Assembly: GCA_021107945.1 (NCBI GenBank)
Contig: JAIORV010000097.1
Coordinates: forward strand, 2,972 to 66,971
Source: Vulcanimicrobiota bacterium
GTDB lineage: Bacteria > Vulcanimicrobiota > JAJTBE01
Length of the DNA: 64,000 nucleotides
Direction: 5' to 3'
Shown here: positions 25,670 through 35,271 of the stretch, one piece after another
Layout: each line of letters begins with the position of its first letter
Position numbering within the stretch: the first letter of the stretch is position 1
Program-made: the position numbers and the translations under genes
Notes under the pieces: generated by a model
What the model was told of the DNA's origin: nothing
Databases searched by the model: none
What the model saw: only the letters and a program-made list of their open reading frames with translations

Positions 25670-27256
25670 CTATAATCGAGGCGATTCTCCCCGGGCTTCC
25701 GTCCCGAATCCCGAACCCCGAATTCCGAATCCCGGGTCCAATATATCAAGGGCATTGCGGTATATTGGAGCCACTTTAAAGAATTTGGTTCTCTTAATCG
25801 ATTTCTTGCCAACTTTCTGCAGAAAGCCTGCGTCCAGCAATTGCTTCAGGGCTTCATCCAGTACCTTGTCTTCATTTTCTAATTCCAATATCTCAATTAG
25901 ATCTTTCCTGGAGAATTTAACCTTTTCTTCCCCCCTGAAATACTCAACTTTCTCTCGTATATCCCTAAAAATGTTATAGAGGTAATCATTTAACTTGGAG
26001 GACGAAGCATCCTTCAGGCCAAAATCGACCGCTTCCCTCCCAATAATAGAGCCTTGATTGTCTCTCTTCCTGTTATACAAATCAATCTGGCTGTCTTTTG
26101 CTTTTCCCACAAAATTTAGCAGATCCCTGGGAGATATGTTTCCATGACCATCTTGCAGCCTGGAGAAAATATAGTCTCGTGTTGACACCTGACTTCCATC
26201 AGGGTTCTCATAATTCTTTCCAAAAAGCCATTCGAACAATTCAACCGCACTTTGCTCGGAAATACCATTCCCCCCATTATTGAGGAAAAACTGAATCCTC
26301 TTTGAAAGAAGCATTATGAGATGAGTATCATCCCATTCAATTTTCAAAACCTTATCAGAAAAATGATCCTTGTTTACAAAAGGAAGTTCATCATATATAT
26401 CATCTCTTATAAATATCTTCAGCTTTATGTATTCATGAATACGAAAATCTGAATAAGCAGTCATTAGTGTGCCCAGGATTTGTCTTTGATTGTCCCTGTT
26501 ACCCGATCCGGGCCAGGGATAGATTTCATCCACCCGGTCAAACAGTACCCAGACTTCGATAATGCCTTTCCCTTTCTCCCCTCTTGTGAAATTAATATCT
26601 TTCAAGACATCATCAATCAACCTGAGCAAAACACGCAGATTCTCTTCCTTTTCTTCAATGTTTTCATGAGGTGCTCTGAATTCAACGGTTCCTTTCGGCC
26701 CTTCGGGTAATTGAATTCCAAGGGATTTAATATATTTTGGAAGATTGCGAACAATTCCGGGGTCATGTTTATCTCCGGTATATAGCTTTAATTTTGATAG
26801 GTAATTTTCAAGCTTTGATGTATCGATGTTGTATTTTGTGTTATTGGAAATAAAACGTTCACCGATCTTCGAGGCTATATAGATTTCCCATAAGTGCGTC
26901 AATTCATTGTGTGAGTCGGATGTGTCGGGTATTTTGCCAAAACTCCTGACAGCTTCAGTAAATTTATTGAGCTCTCTTACCTCATTTGGGTCATCAATAA
27001 AAATAAGGATCTTGTCTGCGATTTCCGGAATTTCAGGATAATGGCCCTGTTTCTTTTTTAGGATCTGAATAATCGCGCTCTTACCGGAACCCTTTGGGCC
27101 TGTTATGATGCTTTTTCTCCCGGAAACCACTTCAAGAAAATCGAGAGTCTCATAGAAATATTCCGGGAGGTAATTATCATCCTCGGCATTTAAATCTCCT
27201 ATCCTCAATTTTCTCAGGAATTTGATCTTGCTTTCTTTTGTATTATATTGATCCAT
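25670..27256 (-). CDS. P-loop NTPase (Walker A GPKGSGKS near the N-terminus, hhhhDD 28 aa downstream) with ~400-aa uncharacterised C-terminal region
   Basis: SIITGPKGSGKSAI Walker A, ILIFIDDPNE and VWVLFDRVDE acidic motifs. The last ~18 codons (GFGIRGSGFGTEARGESP) are encoded by the cccgaatcccgaaccccgaattccgaatcccgg repeat. Confidence 0.6.
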   Translation of the reverse strand: MDQYNTKESKIKFLRKLRIGDLNAEDDNYLPEYFYETLDFLEVVSGRKSIITGPKGSGKSAIIQILKKKQGHYPEIPEIADKILIFIDDPNEVRELNKFTEAVRSFGKIPDTSDSHNELTHLWEIYIASKIGERFISNNTKYNIDTSKLENYLSKLKLYTGDKHDPGIVRNLPKYIKSLGIQLPEGPKGTVEFRAPHENIEEKEENLRVLLRLIDDVLKDINFTRGEKGKGIIEVWVLFDRVDEIYPWPGSGNRDNQRQILGTLMTAYSDFRIHEYIKLKIFIRDDIYDELPFVNKDHFSDKVLKIEWDDTHLIMLLSKRIQFFLNNGGNGISEQSAVELFEWLFGKNYENPDGSQVSTRDYIFSRLQDGHGNISPRDLLNFVGKAKDSQIDLYNRKRDNQGSIIGREAVDFGLKDASSSKLNDYLYNIFRDIREKVEYFRGEEKVKFSRKDLIEILELENEDKVLDEALKQLLDAGFLQKVGKKSIKRTKFFKVAPIYRNALDILDPGFGIRGSGFGTEARGESPRL

Positions 27257-27489
27257 AAGATCTCCTCATAATGATTCCAATTGTACTTCACCAAGTAGAT
27301 TCTTTGTCAGGAAGAGTGGATCCTCTTTGTCCTTGGATGAATACCTATGAGACTTTTGAAATCTAATGGTTGCTAGTGCAAGATTAAAAGGACAGAACTT
27401 TGTAAAAACAGCTTAATTAATGCCGGCAAAAAAAGGGAAGTGGCAACATATAAACAATTAAATTTTGATAATTAATAAATCAGGAGTTT

Positions 27490-28170
27490 TTGAAGATGGA
27501 CAAAGGACTTGAAAATTACAATCAAATAAAACATTTTGCCATTGATAAAGGGGCATCGCTTTTTGGGGTGGCGGATATATCTGATAAGAAGGAGCATATA
27601 AACATATACCCGGAAAAGATCCTCGATAAATTCGACCGGGCTATTTCAATTGGACTTCGGCTCTCCAGCACCGTGCTGAAAACTATTGTGGATCGCCCCA
27701 ACAAGCTTTACACCCGGCATTACAAGATAGTAAACATGTTATTGGATCAACTTGCAATACTCGTGGGGAATAAGATTCAGGAAGAAGGATACAACTATAT
27801 TCCCATTCCTGCATCGGTTCTGCTTGATTGGACCGAGTTGACTGCCCACGCTTCTCATCGTGCGATAGCGTATTATGCCGGGCTCGGTTGGCGGGGCAGA
27901 AGCAGCTTGATTGTGAATCCGCAATATGGAGCGTGTGTACGCTATGTTTCCATTCTTACCGATATGCCGTTAACGGCGGATGCGCCTATAGAAATGAGTT
28001 GTGGAAAATGCAGGGCATGTATCGATGTCTGTCCTGCGGGAGCGATTCATGAAGACGGTTACGATCTCGATGCCTGCCATAAAATGCTCAAACATTTCGA
28101 TAAAACATTACATACAAGTCTTATATGCGGCGTATGCGTGAAAGCTTGCAGGGGCAGGGAGAAGCAATAA
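27490..28170 (+). CDS. QueG-like epoxyqueuosine-reductase family protein (short form) with 4Fe-4S ferredoxin motif
   Basis: SHRAIAYYAGLGWRGRSSLIVNPQYG resembles the QueG GLGW.GKN.LLI.PE.GS region. CGKCRACIDVCPAGAI is a Cx2Cx2Cx3CP cluster motif. The cobalamin-binding and HEAT parts of full-length QueG are missing. Confidence 0.5.
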   Translation: MKMDKGLENYNQIKHFAIDKGASLFGVADISDKKEHINIYPEKILDKFDRAISIGLRLSSTVLKTIVDRPNKLYTRHYKIVNMLLDQLAILVGNKIQEEGYNYIPIPASVLLDWTELTAHASHRAIAYYAGLGWRGRSSLIVNPQYGACVRYVSILTDMPLTADAPIEMSCGKCRACIDVCPAGAIHEDGYDLDACHKMLKHFDKTLHTSLICGVCVKACRGREKQ

Positions 28171-28284
28171 AGGATCTTCCTGCTTTCCGTTGAAAAATTG
28201 GGATGCCGGAATTGAAATTATCGGGCGTTCTTTTATTATTTGTGAAAAAATGCCCTGACAAATAGAGAATTAACAGAGAATTAT

Positions 28285-28890
28285 ATGAAAGATCTCAGCG
28301 AAGAAAATTTAATATCCCTTGCAATAAATGGATCGGAGTTGGCCTGGAGGGAAGTTTATCACAGGTACTTCAATCGTGTAAGAAGAGTTGTCGCGTGGAG
28401 AAAATGGGGCTTCACCCGCGCCGAGGTTGATGAAATCATACAGGAAGTATTTCTTGAGCTTATAAAGGCGCTTCCAAACTTTCGATACGAAGCTTCACTT
28501 TCCACATTTCTCACAAAACTCTCAAAAAACAAGTGTATTTCGGTCTTGCGCAGGAAAAACGCTCAAAAACGTGTCCGGGAAGAATATGGTTTTGTTTTCG
28601 ACGATAGACAGATAGACAGGGAAACGGAGCGGAAGTTATTTGTGGAATCGAAAATAGGAAATCCCGAGGAGATACTAATTTTTGGCGAAGAAGCCATGGG
28701 CTTGATGAAGGCTATGAAGAACCTGAACCCCGATTGCCGTGAGGTGATAAAAAAGAGGTATTTCGATGAGCTTTCATACAAGGAGATTTGCGGCCAGTTA
28801 GATTTACCCCTGGGAACGGTCTGTTCAAGACTGAAACGTTGCCTTTTACGCCTGAAAGAAATTATTCTGAAAAATTCCGGGGAAGTTTAG
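28285..28890 (+). CDS. ECF-type RNA polymerase sigma-70 factor
   Basis: Region 2 (EIIQEVFLELIKALPNF) and region 4 HTH (SYKEICGQLDLPLGTVCSRLKR) are both present. Confidence 0.85.
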   Translation: MKDLSEENLISLAINGSELAWREVYHRYFNRVRRVVAWRKWGFTRAEVDEIIQEVFLELIKALPNFRYEASLSTFLTKLSKNKCISVLRRKNAQKRVREEYGFVFDDRQIDRETERKLFVESKIGNPEEILIFGEEAMGLMKAMKNLNPDCREVIKKRYFDELSYKEICGQLDLPLGTVCSRLKRCLLRLKEIILKNSGEV

Positions 28891-28959
28891 GAATTTTTTT
28901 AAACTTTTAGCGACAATGTAGGTATAAACAGGAAACGGAATGAGGAAAATAGTATTGTT

Positions 28960-29100
28960 TCTAAGGAAATAAGGAAATAAGGAGAATACAGAGGACATGG
29001 AGTTTTTTATTTTTAGATTCTTCGTGAATTTCGTGACTCTGTGGTTAAATCCTGAAAAATCTCTGCGAACTCTGCGCTCTTTGCGGCGAAAAAATTCCAA
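28960..29100. repeat. repeat-word array inserted between the sigma and anti-sigma genes
   Basis: Contains ggaaataaggaaataaggagaatacagaggacatggag, then ttcttcgtgaatttcgtgactctgtggttaaa, then ctctgcgaactctgcgctctttgcggcgaa. Confidence 0.7.
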
Positions 29101-29124
29101 CTTCCAAGTTGTAGGTGAATAAAA

Positions 29125-30744
29125 ATGAGTTGTTCAAAACCTGAGGTATCTGAAAATTTAATAATGTTCATCGAGGGAGATCTGCCCGGTGAAGAATACG
29201 AGAGATTGTCGGCTCATCTTGCTGAGTGCTCCGATTGTCGGAAGGAGCTTGATGAGTTGATGGAGGTCATCGCCACAATCCAGGTATCGGCTGGGCATAT
29301 AAAGGAGAAGTGGATTCATCCCGATCCCCGGACGCTTCACCTGCTTCATTTCTCCCCCGGTTCCATAGAAAAAGAGAAGCGGAAACAGACGATTGCCCAC
29401 ATATGTGCATGCCCCTCATGCCGGGAAGAATACATGCTTTTAAAGGAATCCCCTGACTTCGTGGAAATCGAGGAAGCAGAGTCAATTGCGGAAATCCCGG
29501 ACACCCTTATACAGTCTTACAGGGATCTTCTTGTGAAGTCACACGAAAGCAAGCCCATTGTAGTCGGTTCAATCAAGCCTCCTGAAGTGTCCTTATGGAA
29601 GAGAATGTGGCACATCCTGACGCCCCGCATGAAATTTGCTTACGCCTCTATGGCTGTTATTCTTCTACTGATACTGGCCACCGGCGTCATCTTCTTCGGC
29701 GGCATGCTTCCGTCGGAGCGGTCGCACCGCGTTGCAATTACGAATGTGGATCCCGACAGGCTTGAGGAATTCCCGATGAAAGATGCCAGTATAAATGAGC
29801 GTGAAAATTTTGCAATGCATCTGAGAGATTCCGGAATACCGGTAGTGCTCAAGGATAGTAAAATCCTGGTAAAGGGAGACCGCCTGGGCGTTGTGGAGAA
29901 ATTTTATAATGAATATCAAAATCGGATTGATGTTGCAATGGCCGAATCTCCTTCCGGAAGCGGGTTGCCCGATTTCCATCCCCGGACAAAGGGCGGCGGA
30001 ACGGGACCCATGCTGACAGGACATGTGACACCATCGGCTCATGTTGCCGGTCATAGTGATCGTACGGGAAAAGGCGCCAATGCGAGGCTGGCGGATGCAC
30101 TTGACAAGAGTATTGACTATCCCGAAACAGCTCCCTCTCCCCGCGGAAAAGCCGCTTCACCCACCCGCAAGGCAAGGGAATTCAAATCCGGTATAACAAG
30201 CGACTCGAATATTTTTACAGGAGAGTCTGGCTCCACCCCAACCCCGGGTGATTCAAAATCGAAAAGCGAATCAAAAAAAAGAATTCCTGTCGGTGAAGGT
30301 GATTATGTTAATGACAATACTACCCTGGCAAATTACGATCTTGATACCAGCAAGCGTTTTCATCAAAGCTTTGAAAGTCTGGATGTAAAAAAACCCACAA
30401 TCCCCGCCAGCGAAACATTCAAACCGGTGGAATTCGACGATCTTGAAGAGCGGGAACGCAAGACCGCAGAAGTGCAAAAAAAGCTAAAAAAGAAAATTCT
30501 CGGTATTTTAGAAGATGATCCAACAACAGCCAAATGCAAGGTGGAGGTTTTTGTTACACTCTCTTCAAAGAAGGATCAATGGGGTGAATACAAGGCCAGA
30601 AGTGTCACAATCTCTATTGAACACTCCCAACCCCTTAATATAATTGAAAAAGCCAAGATTAAGGAAAGAATCAACAGAAAAATGGATTGGCAGGGACTCT
30701 GGGATAAGAAGTTTAATTTCATCACCCCAAAAGTAGGAAAATAA
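29125..30744 (+). CDS. anti-sigma factor (zf-HC2 N-terminal domain, single TM, large C-terminal domain)
   Basis: HLAECSDCRKELDEL...CACPSCREEY zinc-finger anti-sigma motif. A TM helix (AYASMAVILLLILATGVIFFGG) follows. The gene is adjacent to the ECF sigma gene. Confidence 0.7.
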   Translation: MSCSKPEVSENLIMFIEGDLPGEEYERLSAHLAECSDCRKELDELMEVIATIQVSAGHIKEKWIHPDPRTLHLLHFSPGSIEKEKRKQTIAHICACPSCREEYMLLKESPDFVEIEEAESIAEIPDTLIQSYRDLLVKSHESKPIVVGSIKPPEVSLWKRMWHILTPRMKFAYASMAVILLLILATGVIFFGGMLPSERSHRVAITNVDPDRLEEFPMKDASINERENFAMHLRDSGIPVVLKDSKILVKGDRLGVVEKFYNEYQNRIDVAMAESPSGSGLPDFHPRTKGGGTGPMLTGHVTPSAHVAGHSDRTGKGANARLADALDKSIDYPETAPSPRGKAASPTRKAREFKSGITSDSNIFTGESGSTPTPGDSKSKSESKKRIPVGEGDYVNDNTTLANYDLDTSKRFHQSFESLDVKKPTIPASETFKPVEFDDLEERERKTAEVQKKLKKKILGILEDDPTTAKCKVEVFVTLSSKKDQWGEYKARSVTISIEHSQPLNIIEKAKIKERINRKMDWQGLWDKKFNFITPKVGK

Positions 30745-30972
30745 TATTCTAATGTAGGAGTGGCATCCTGCCACGAACAAATGTCTGCAGGCAATAATTG
30801 TTTTATTGCAGGAGCGGTTTCCTAACCGCGATAAGAAAAGAGCCAATAACGAAAATATCGCCTTTGGAAAAGGCTCCTACAAAACTTCTGCAATCCCCTA
30901 ATCCATCCGGCATGGGCAAAAACAACAAGAATTAATAATTGAAATGTCAATCCAGACCATTTATTTCCGGAT

Positions 30973-33348
30973 TCAACCTCTCAGGGAAGCTTCAACCTTT
31001 TCTTCGAGTAGTTTTAATATTTTATCGATTTTCTTTTGAACCTCTTCATCGGTAAGTGTTCGTTCGGGAGATGAGAAAGTTAGTTTAAATGTCATACTTT
31101 TCTTGTGCTCGGGAATCTGCTTACCCTTATACACATCATAACAATAAACATCGGTAATGATCGGCTTTCCCTTTTTTTGAATCACTTCCTCCACTTCAAT
31201 CGCTGGAATTGAATCGTCCAGGAGAACAGAAAGGTCTCTCTCGACCGGTGGAAAACGTGGAATTTCTCTGAATTTCAGGGATTTCTCAAGTTCTCTGATC
31301 TTATCGATGAATATCCTGCCGATAACCACATCCTGCTCGATCCCCTGCTCTTTTGCGATTTCGGGATGGAGATAGCCCATAATGCCGATTTTCTCGCCAT
31401 TCGATGATATTTTTGCTGTCTTTCCGGGGTGCAGATATGGAAATTCATCTTTTTTATATGACAATTTCTGCCCTGTTCTGGAAGCTATAAGTTCTATTAT
31501 TCCCTTCATTGCAAAGAAATCGTATTCTTTTTTATCGCCGTCAGGCGCGCTCATGACAAGTGTAAGCTCTCTTCTCTCCTCAGGCTCATTCTTTCCGATA
31601 TCCCTGTATAGCTTTGAAATTTCGAAGAGTTTAAAATCAAAACGCCTGTTTGCCATATTTCTCTTGAGTACATCCATAATATGCGGCACTGCATCCGCAC
31701 GGAGGAGTTGCTGATCGGTAGTGACGGGATTCTTGACCCTGAGAAGGTCTCTGTCATCAATACGGTATTCCCCGATCTTCTCTTCGCCATGAAGACTCAA
31801 AGTTATAATCTCATACATTCCACATCTTGCCAGGATATTTCTCAGTCTCTCGTCAAACTCCGTCTCAGGCTCGATGGATCCGAGAGAGACGCCGATTGGC
31901 GTGGTTGTGGGAATATTGTCATAACCCCACAGGCGCGCAACCTCCTCAACAAGGTCAATCTCCTCGTTTATATCACGTCTGACTGTGGGGGCAGTTACAA
32001 GAAAAGCCTCTCCTCTGTCTTCCACCTTGAAGTCGAGACCTTCAAGTAATTCCTTTATTGTCCCCCTGTCTATATCTGTTCCGAGTATATGGTTAACTCT
32101 CCGGGGTCTTAAAAAGATCTCCGTCAATCCCGGCGGAGTAACACTGCATACCGACTCTCCGGCAAGTACTTTTCCACCCTCTTTTTCCATCAGGTGGCAA
32201 GCCCTCCTGGACGCAAGCTCTACACAGTGGTAATCGATCCCTTTTTCAAACCTGCGGGAAGATTCCGATTTGAGTTTCTGTCTGATCGAGGTTCTTCGAA
32301 CGGACGGAGCACTAAAACTTGCCGCCTCAAGAAGGACGTTTTTCGTGTCTTCCCCGACTTCCGAGTTCAGCCCGCCCATAACGCCGGCTATGGCAATAGT
32401 CTCCGAGACATCGGTTATCATCAACATATCCGGATCAAGCTTCCGCTCTTCCCCGTCAAGACTTATGATTGTTTCGCCGTCACGAGCCGGGCGCACGAGG
32501 ATTAATCCACCTTTTATTTTGTCAAGGTCAAACGCGTGGAGAGGCTGCCCCGTTTCAAGCATCACATAATTTGTTATGTCAACGATATTATTTATCGGTC
32601 TCATGCCTGCCGCGTAAAGCCTGCCCTGCATCCATAGCGGTGATTTCTTTATAGGCACATTGCGGATTATTCTTGCTGAGTATTTTGGGCATAGCTTCAT
32701 ATCCTCGATTTCGATCTTTATAAAATCGGAGGCTTTATCAGGGATTTCCGGGTATTTAATCTCGGGTATTCTCATTTTCTTACCCAGAACTCCCGCCGTT
32801 TCCCGAGCTATTCCCAGGATACTCAACTGGTCGGGACGATTGGCAAATATCTCAAATTCCAAAACAGGATCATTAAGGCAGTAAAGTTGCGTAACGTCAG
32901 CTCCCGGCGGTGTGTCGGGAGGAAGTATAAGAACACCTTCTCTTTGTTCTATCGGGAGATCTTTTAAGTCGATACCCAACTCTTTTGCGGAGCACATCAT
33001 CCCGTTGGATTCCTGCCCTCTTATCTTCGAGCGTTTTATCTTCAAGCCCCCAAAAAGACGTGCGCCGTTAATGGCAAGAGGAACTATGTCCCCCTCTTTC
33101 ACATTTTGTGCGCCTGTTACAACTTGAATCAGATCCTCGCCGATTTTCATATCGGTAACAACGAGCTTGTCAGCGTTCGGATGTGATTTTATCAGCATAA
33201 TTTTAGCGGCAATTACCCCCTTGACATCGGGGCTTAAATAGGTGATTGACTCGACAGGAATTCCCACCGAGGTCAATTTTTCCGCCAAATCTTCAGCGGC
33301 TATATCAACATCCACGTAATCTTTCAACCAACTTAATGGTAGTTTCAT
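30973..33348 (-). CDS. pheT: phenylalanine--tRNA ligase beta subunit
   Basis: N-terminal MKLPLSWLKDYVDV is classic. The 791-aa protein carries tRNA-binding, B3/B4, B5 and FDX-ACB domain signatures. Confidence 0.95.
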   Translation of the reverse strand: MKLPLSWLKDYVDVDIAAEDLAEKLTSVGIPVESITYLSPDVKGVIAAKIMLIKSHPNADKLVVTDMKIGEDLIQVVTGAQNVKEGDIVPLAINGARLFGGLKIKRSKIRGQESNGMMCSAKELGIDLKDLPIEQREGVLILPPDTPPGADVTQLYCLNDPVLEFEIFANRPDQLSILGIARETAGVLGKKMRIPEIKYPEIPDKASDFIKIEIEDMKLCPKYSARIIRNVPIKKSPLWMQGRLYAAGMRPINNIVDITNYVMLETGQPLHAFDLDKIKGGLILVRPARDGETIISLDGEERKLDPDMLMITDVSETIAIAGVMGGLNSEVGEDTKNVLLEAASFSAPSVRRTSIRQKLKSESSRRFEKGIDYHCVELASRRACHLMEKEGGKVLAGESVCSVTPPGLTEIFLRPRRVNHILGTDIDRGTIKELLEGLDFKVEDRGEAFLVTAPTVRRDINEEIDLVEEVARLWGYDNIPTTTPIGVSLGSIEPETEFDERLRNILARCGMYEIITLSLHGEEKIGEYRIDDRDLLRVKNPVTTDQQLLRADAVPHIMDVLKRNMANRRFDFKLFEISKLYRDIGKNEPEERRELTLVMSAPDGDKKEYDFFAMKGIIELIASRTGQKLSYKKDEFPYLHPGKTAKISSNGEKIGIMGYLHPEIAKEQGIEQDVVIGRIFIDKIRELEKSLKFREIPRFPPVERDLSVLLDDSIPAIEVEEVIQKKGKPIITDVYCYDVYKGKQIPEHKKSMTFKLTFSSPERTLTDEEVQKKIDKILKLLEEKVEASLRG

Positions 33349-33349
33349 C

Positions 33350-33935
33350 TATTTACCTCCTATTTATGGAAAATGGGAAATGGGAAATGGGAAATGGGAA
33401 ACGGGATGCGGGAAACGGGAGATGAGAAGTGGGAAATGGGATCCGGTCTCCGTTTTCTTTATTTCTTCACCGGGAAGCCACTGAAGTGGCTGAGATAAAG
33501 AGCAAGAAAAGGGTGGGATTTCCTTCTTCCCCCGGATTAATCCGGGGGTTAGTCTCATGGAGGTTTAAAAACCTCCGCTACCAAATTTCCGCTCTCCGCT
33601 ACCCGACCTCTGTAATCCGTTCTCCATTCTCCGTCAATATTCATTTTCTTCGTGTTCGGAGCCTGCCCTGAATTTATTTCAGGGCGGCTTCGTGGTGAAA
33701 AACAAATCCGTCCTCCGTATTTCAGCCTCTGATTTCCGTTTTCCGGCCTCTGGACTCTTTTATCCGTTCTCCTTTTCGAGCATTTTTTCCTGAAACCTTC
33801 CTATAGGCAAAAACGGCGGAGATTTAACCCGCCGTTTTTCTGAGAATATATTAACAATTTTTTATCCGTTATCTGTCATCCGTTATCCATTGTCCTTTTA
33901 TCGGGATGGGGACATCCCTCCTACAAATCCGTTAT
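33350..33935. repeat. mosaic repeat array occupying the position where pheS would be expected
   Basis: Contains tggaaaatgggaaatgggaaatgggaaacgggatgcgggaaacgggagatgagaagtggg, the gccactgaagtggc hairpin, the CCCCCGGATTAATCCGGGGG palindrome, the GGAGGTTTAAAAACCTCC palindrome, and the ttatcgggatggggacatccctcctacaaatccg module at 33895-33935. Confidence 0.8.
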
Positions 33936-33938
33936 CCG

Positions 33939-35144
33939 TTACAATGGGTAGTCCTCCGTCGCTTTATACCGCCAGTCGTAAAAGAATTGTTGCTCAAACT
34001 CGTTTGTAACTTTCTCATCTTCTACATGTGCCCCGATTTCCCGGTTGATATTTAGCCCCTTGTGAGACCAGTTTGCTGAGCCTATCAAGAATTTTTCACC
34101 GTCCACCGTTGCCCACTTTGCATGAAGCTTCTGACCTTTTTCTACCTTGAACCACCGAACCGGGACGCCCGCTTTTTTTAATATATCGAAACTTTTTCCA
34201 TTGGGACTCCATCCTGTATATGCAAAATTGGGATCCAGTATAACCCTGACATCGACCCCTCTTTTATGCGCCTTTTTAAGTTCTTTGATAACCTTTTTAT
34301 TTGATAATACATACAACTCGGCGTGAACTGATTTCTTGGCTCCCTTTATGCTCTCGAGAATCGCCTTTTGCATCGTCTTATCTTCACGCAACTTAGTGCG
34401 CAATCCCATGACGACAGCCTTTTTTCCGCTATTAGCCGCTTCGTCGTCGAATTTCCCGGGTTTTATTTCTTCCCCGGATGATAAATTCCATCCCTCTGCG
34501 AAGTACTCGCTATAATAATTGACTGCAGGCCCTTCAATTTGTATGTCGGCGTCGTGATTTTTCTTTGAATAGGTGTTCCAGTTCATTCCGCCTAGCATTG
34601 CCTTTTTCCCGTCAACAATCATGAGCTTTACATGATCGATCTGGTTTCTTCCCTTGTCAACAGGAAACTCAACTACATTCACGCCGTTCTCTCTCATTAA
34701 TTCCCGCATTTCCCTGCGCAACCTTGATCCTCTTTTTGAAGAACCTGACGTGGGGTCAACAATTACCTTTACATCTACTCCCCTCTTGACAGCTGCAATC
34801 AATTTCTGGGCCATTTTCATATCCTGGAAATCATACATCTCAACTTTTATATTTTCTTTAGCTGAGTCAATCATTTTCTCCGTTGCCTTGAAAATTTTAG
34901 CTCCGCCTATTATAGACTTGATTTTATTTCCTGATGTCACAACCGCTTCCGGGCAATTAAGAGTGGTTTCGTCCTCAATGTTAAGCTTGAGCTCCGATTC
35001 AATAACATCAACACTAAGAGTCTCCGGGGGCTTGGCGGATTTTAGTGCGCCTGACAAGGGAATATTCTGTTTGAGATGATTGATTTTCACAGAAACCTCC
35101 AATATTCTACATATATTATATAACATGTGACCATGGAAATACAA
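33939..35144 (-). CDS. phospholipase D superfamily protein with two HKD motifs (cardiolipin-synthase/PLD-like)
   Basis: HVKLMIVDGKKAMLGGMNW and HAKWATVDGEKFLIGSANWS are two HxKxxxxD motifs. The N-terminal start is uncertain. Confidence 0.8.
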   Translation of the reverse strand: MYFHGHMLYNICRILEVSVKINHLKQNIPLSGALKSAKPPETLSVDVIESELKLNIEDETTLNCPEAVVTSGNKIKSIIGGAKIFKATEKMIDSAKENIKVEMYDFQDMKMAQKLIAAVKRGVDVKVIVDPTSGSSKRGSRLRREMRELMRENGVNVVEFPVDKGRNQIDHVKLMIVDGKKAMLGGMNWNTYSKKNHDADIQIEGPAVNYYSEYFAEGWNLSSGEEIKPGKFDDEAANSGKKAVVMGLRTKLREDKTMQKAILESIKGAKKSVHAELYVLSNKKVIKELKKAHKRGVDVRVILDPNFAYTGWSPNGKSFDILKKAGVPVRWFKVEKGQKLHAKWATVDGEKFLIGSANWSHKGLNINREIGAHVEDEKVTNEFEQQFFYDWRYKATEDYPL

Positions 35145-35271
35145 ATAATGACGATTTCACGGGGTAATGGAGCAAACTCAGGTACGAAGCCGTTTCGTCG
35201 ATTTACAACCCATCTTGCTAACAACTTTTGTTTGTTAACAATTTGTTAACTTGTGAAATATTATACCACCA

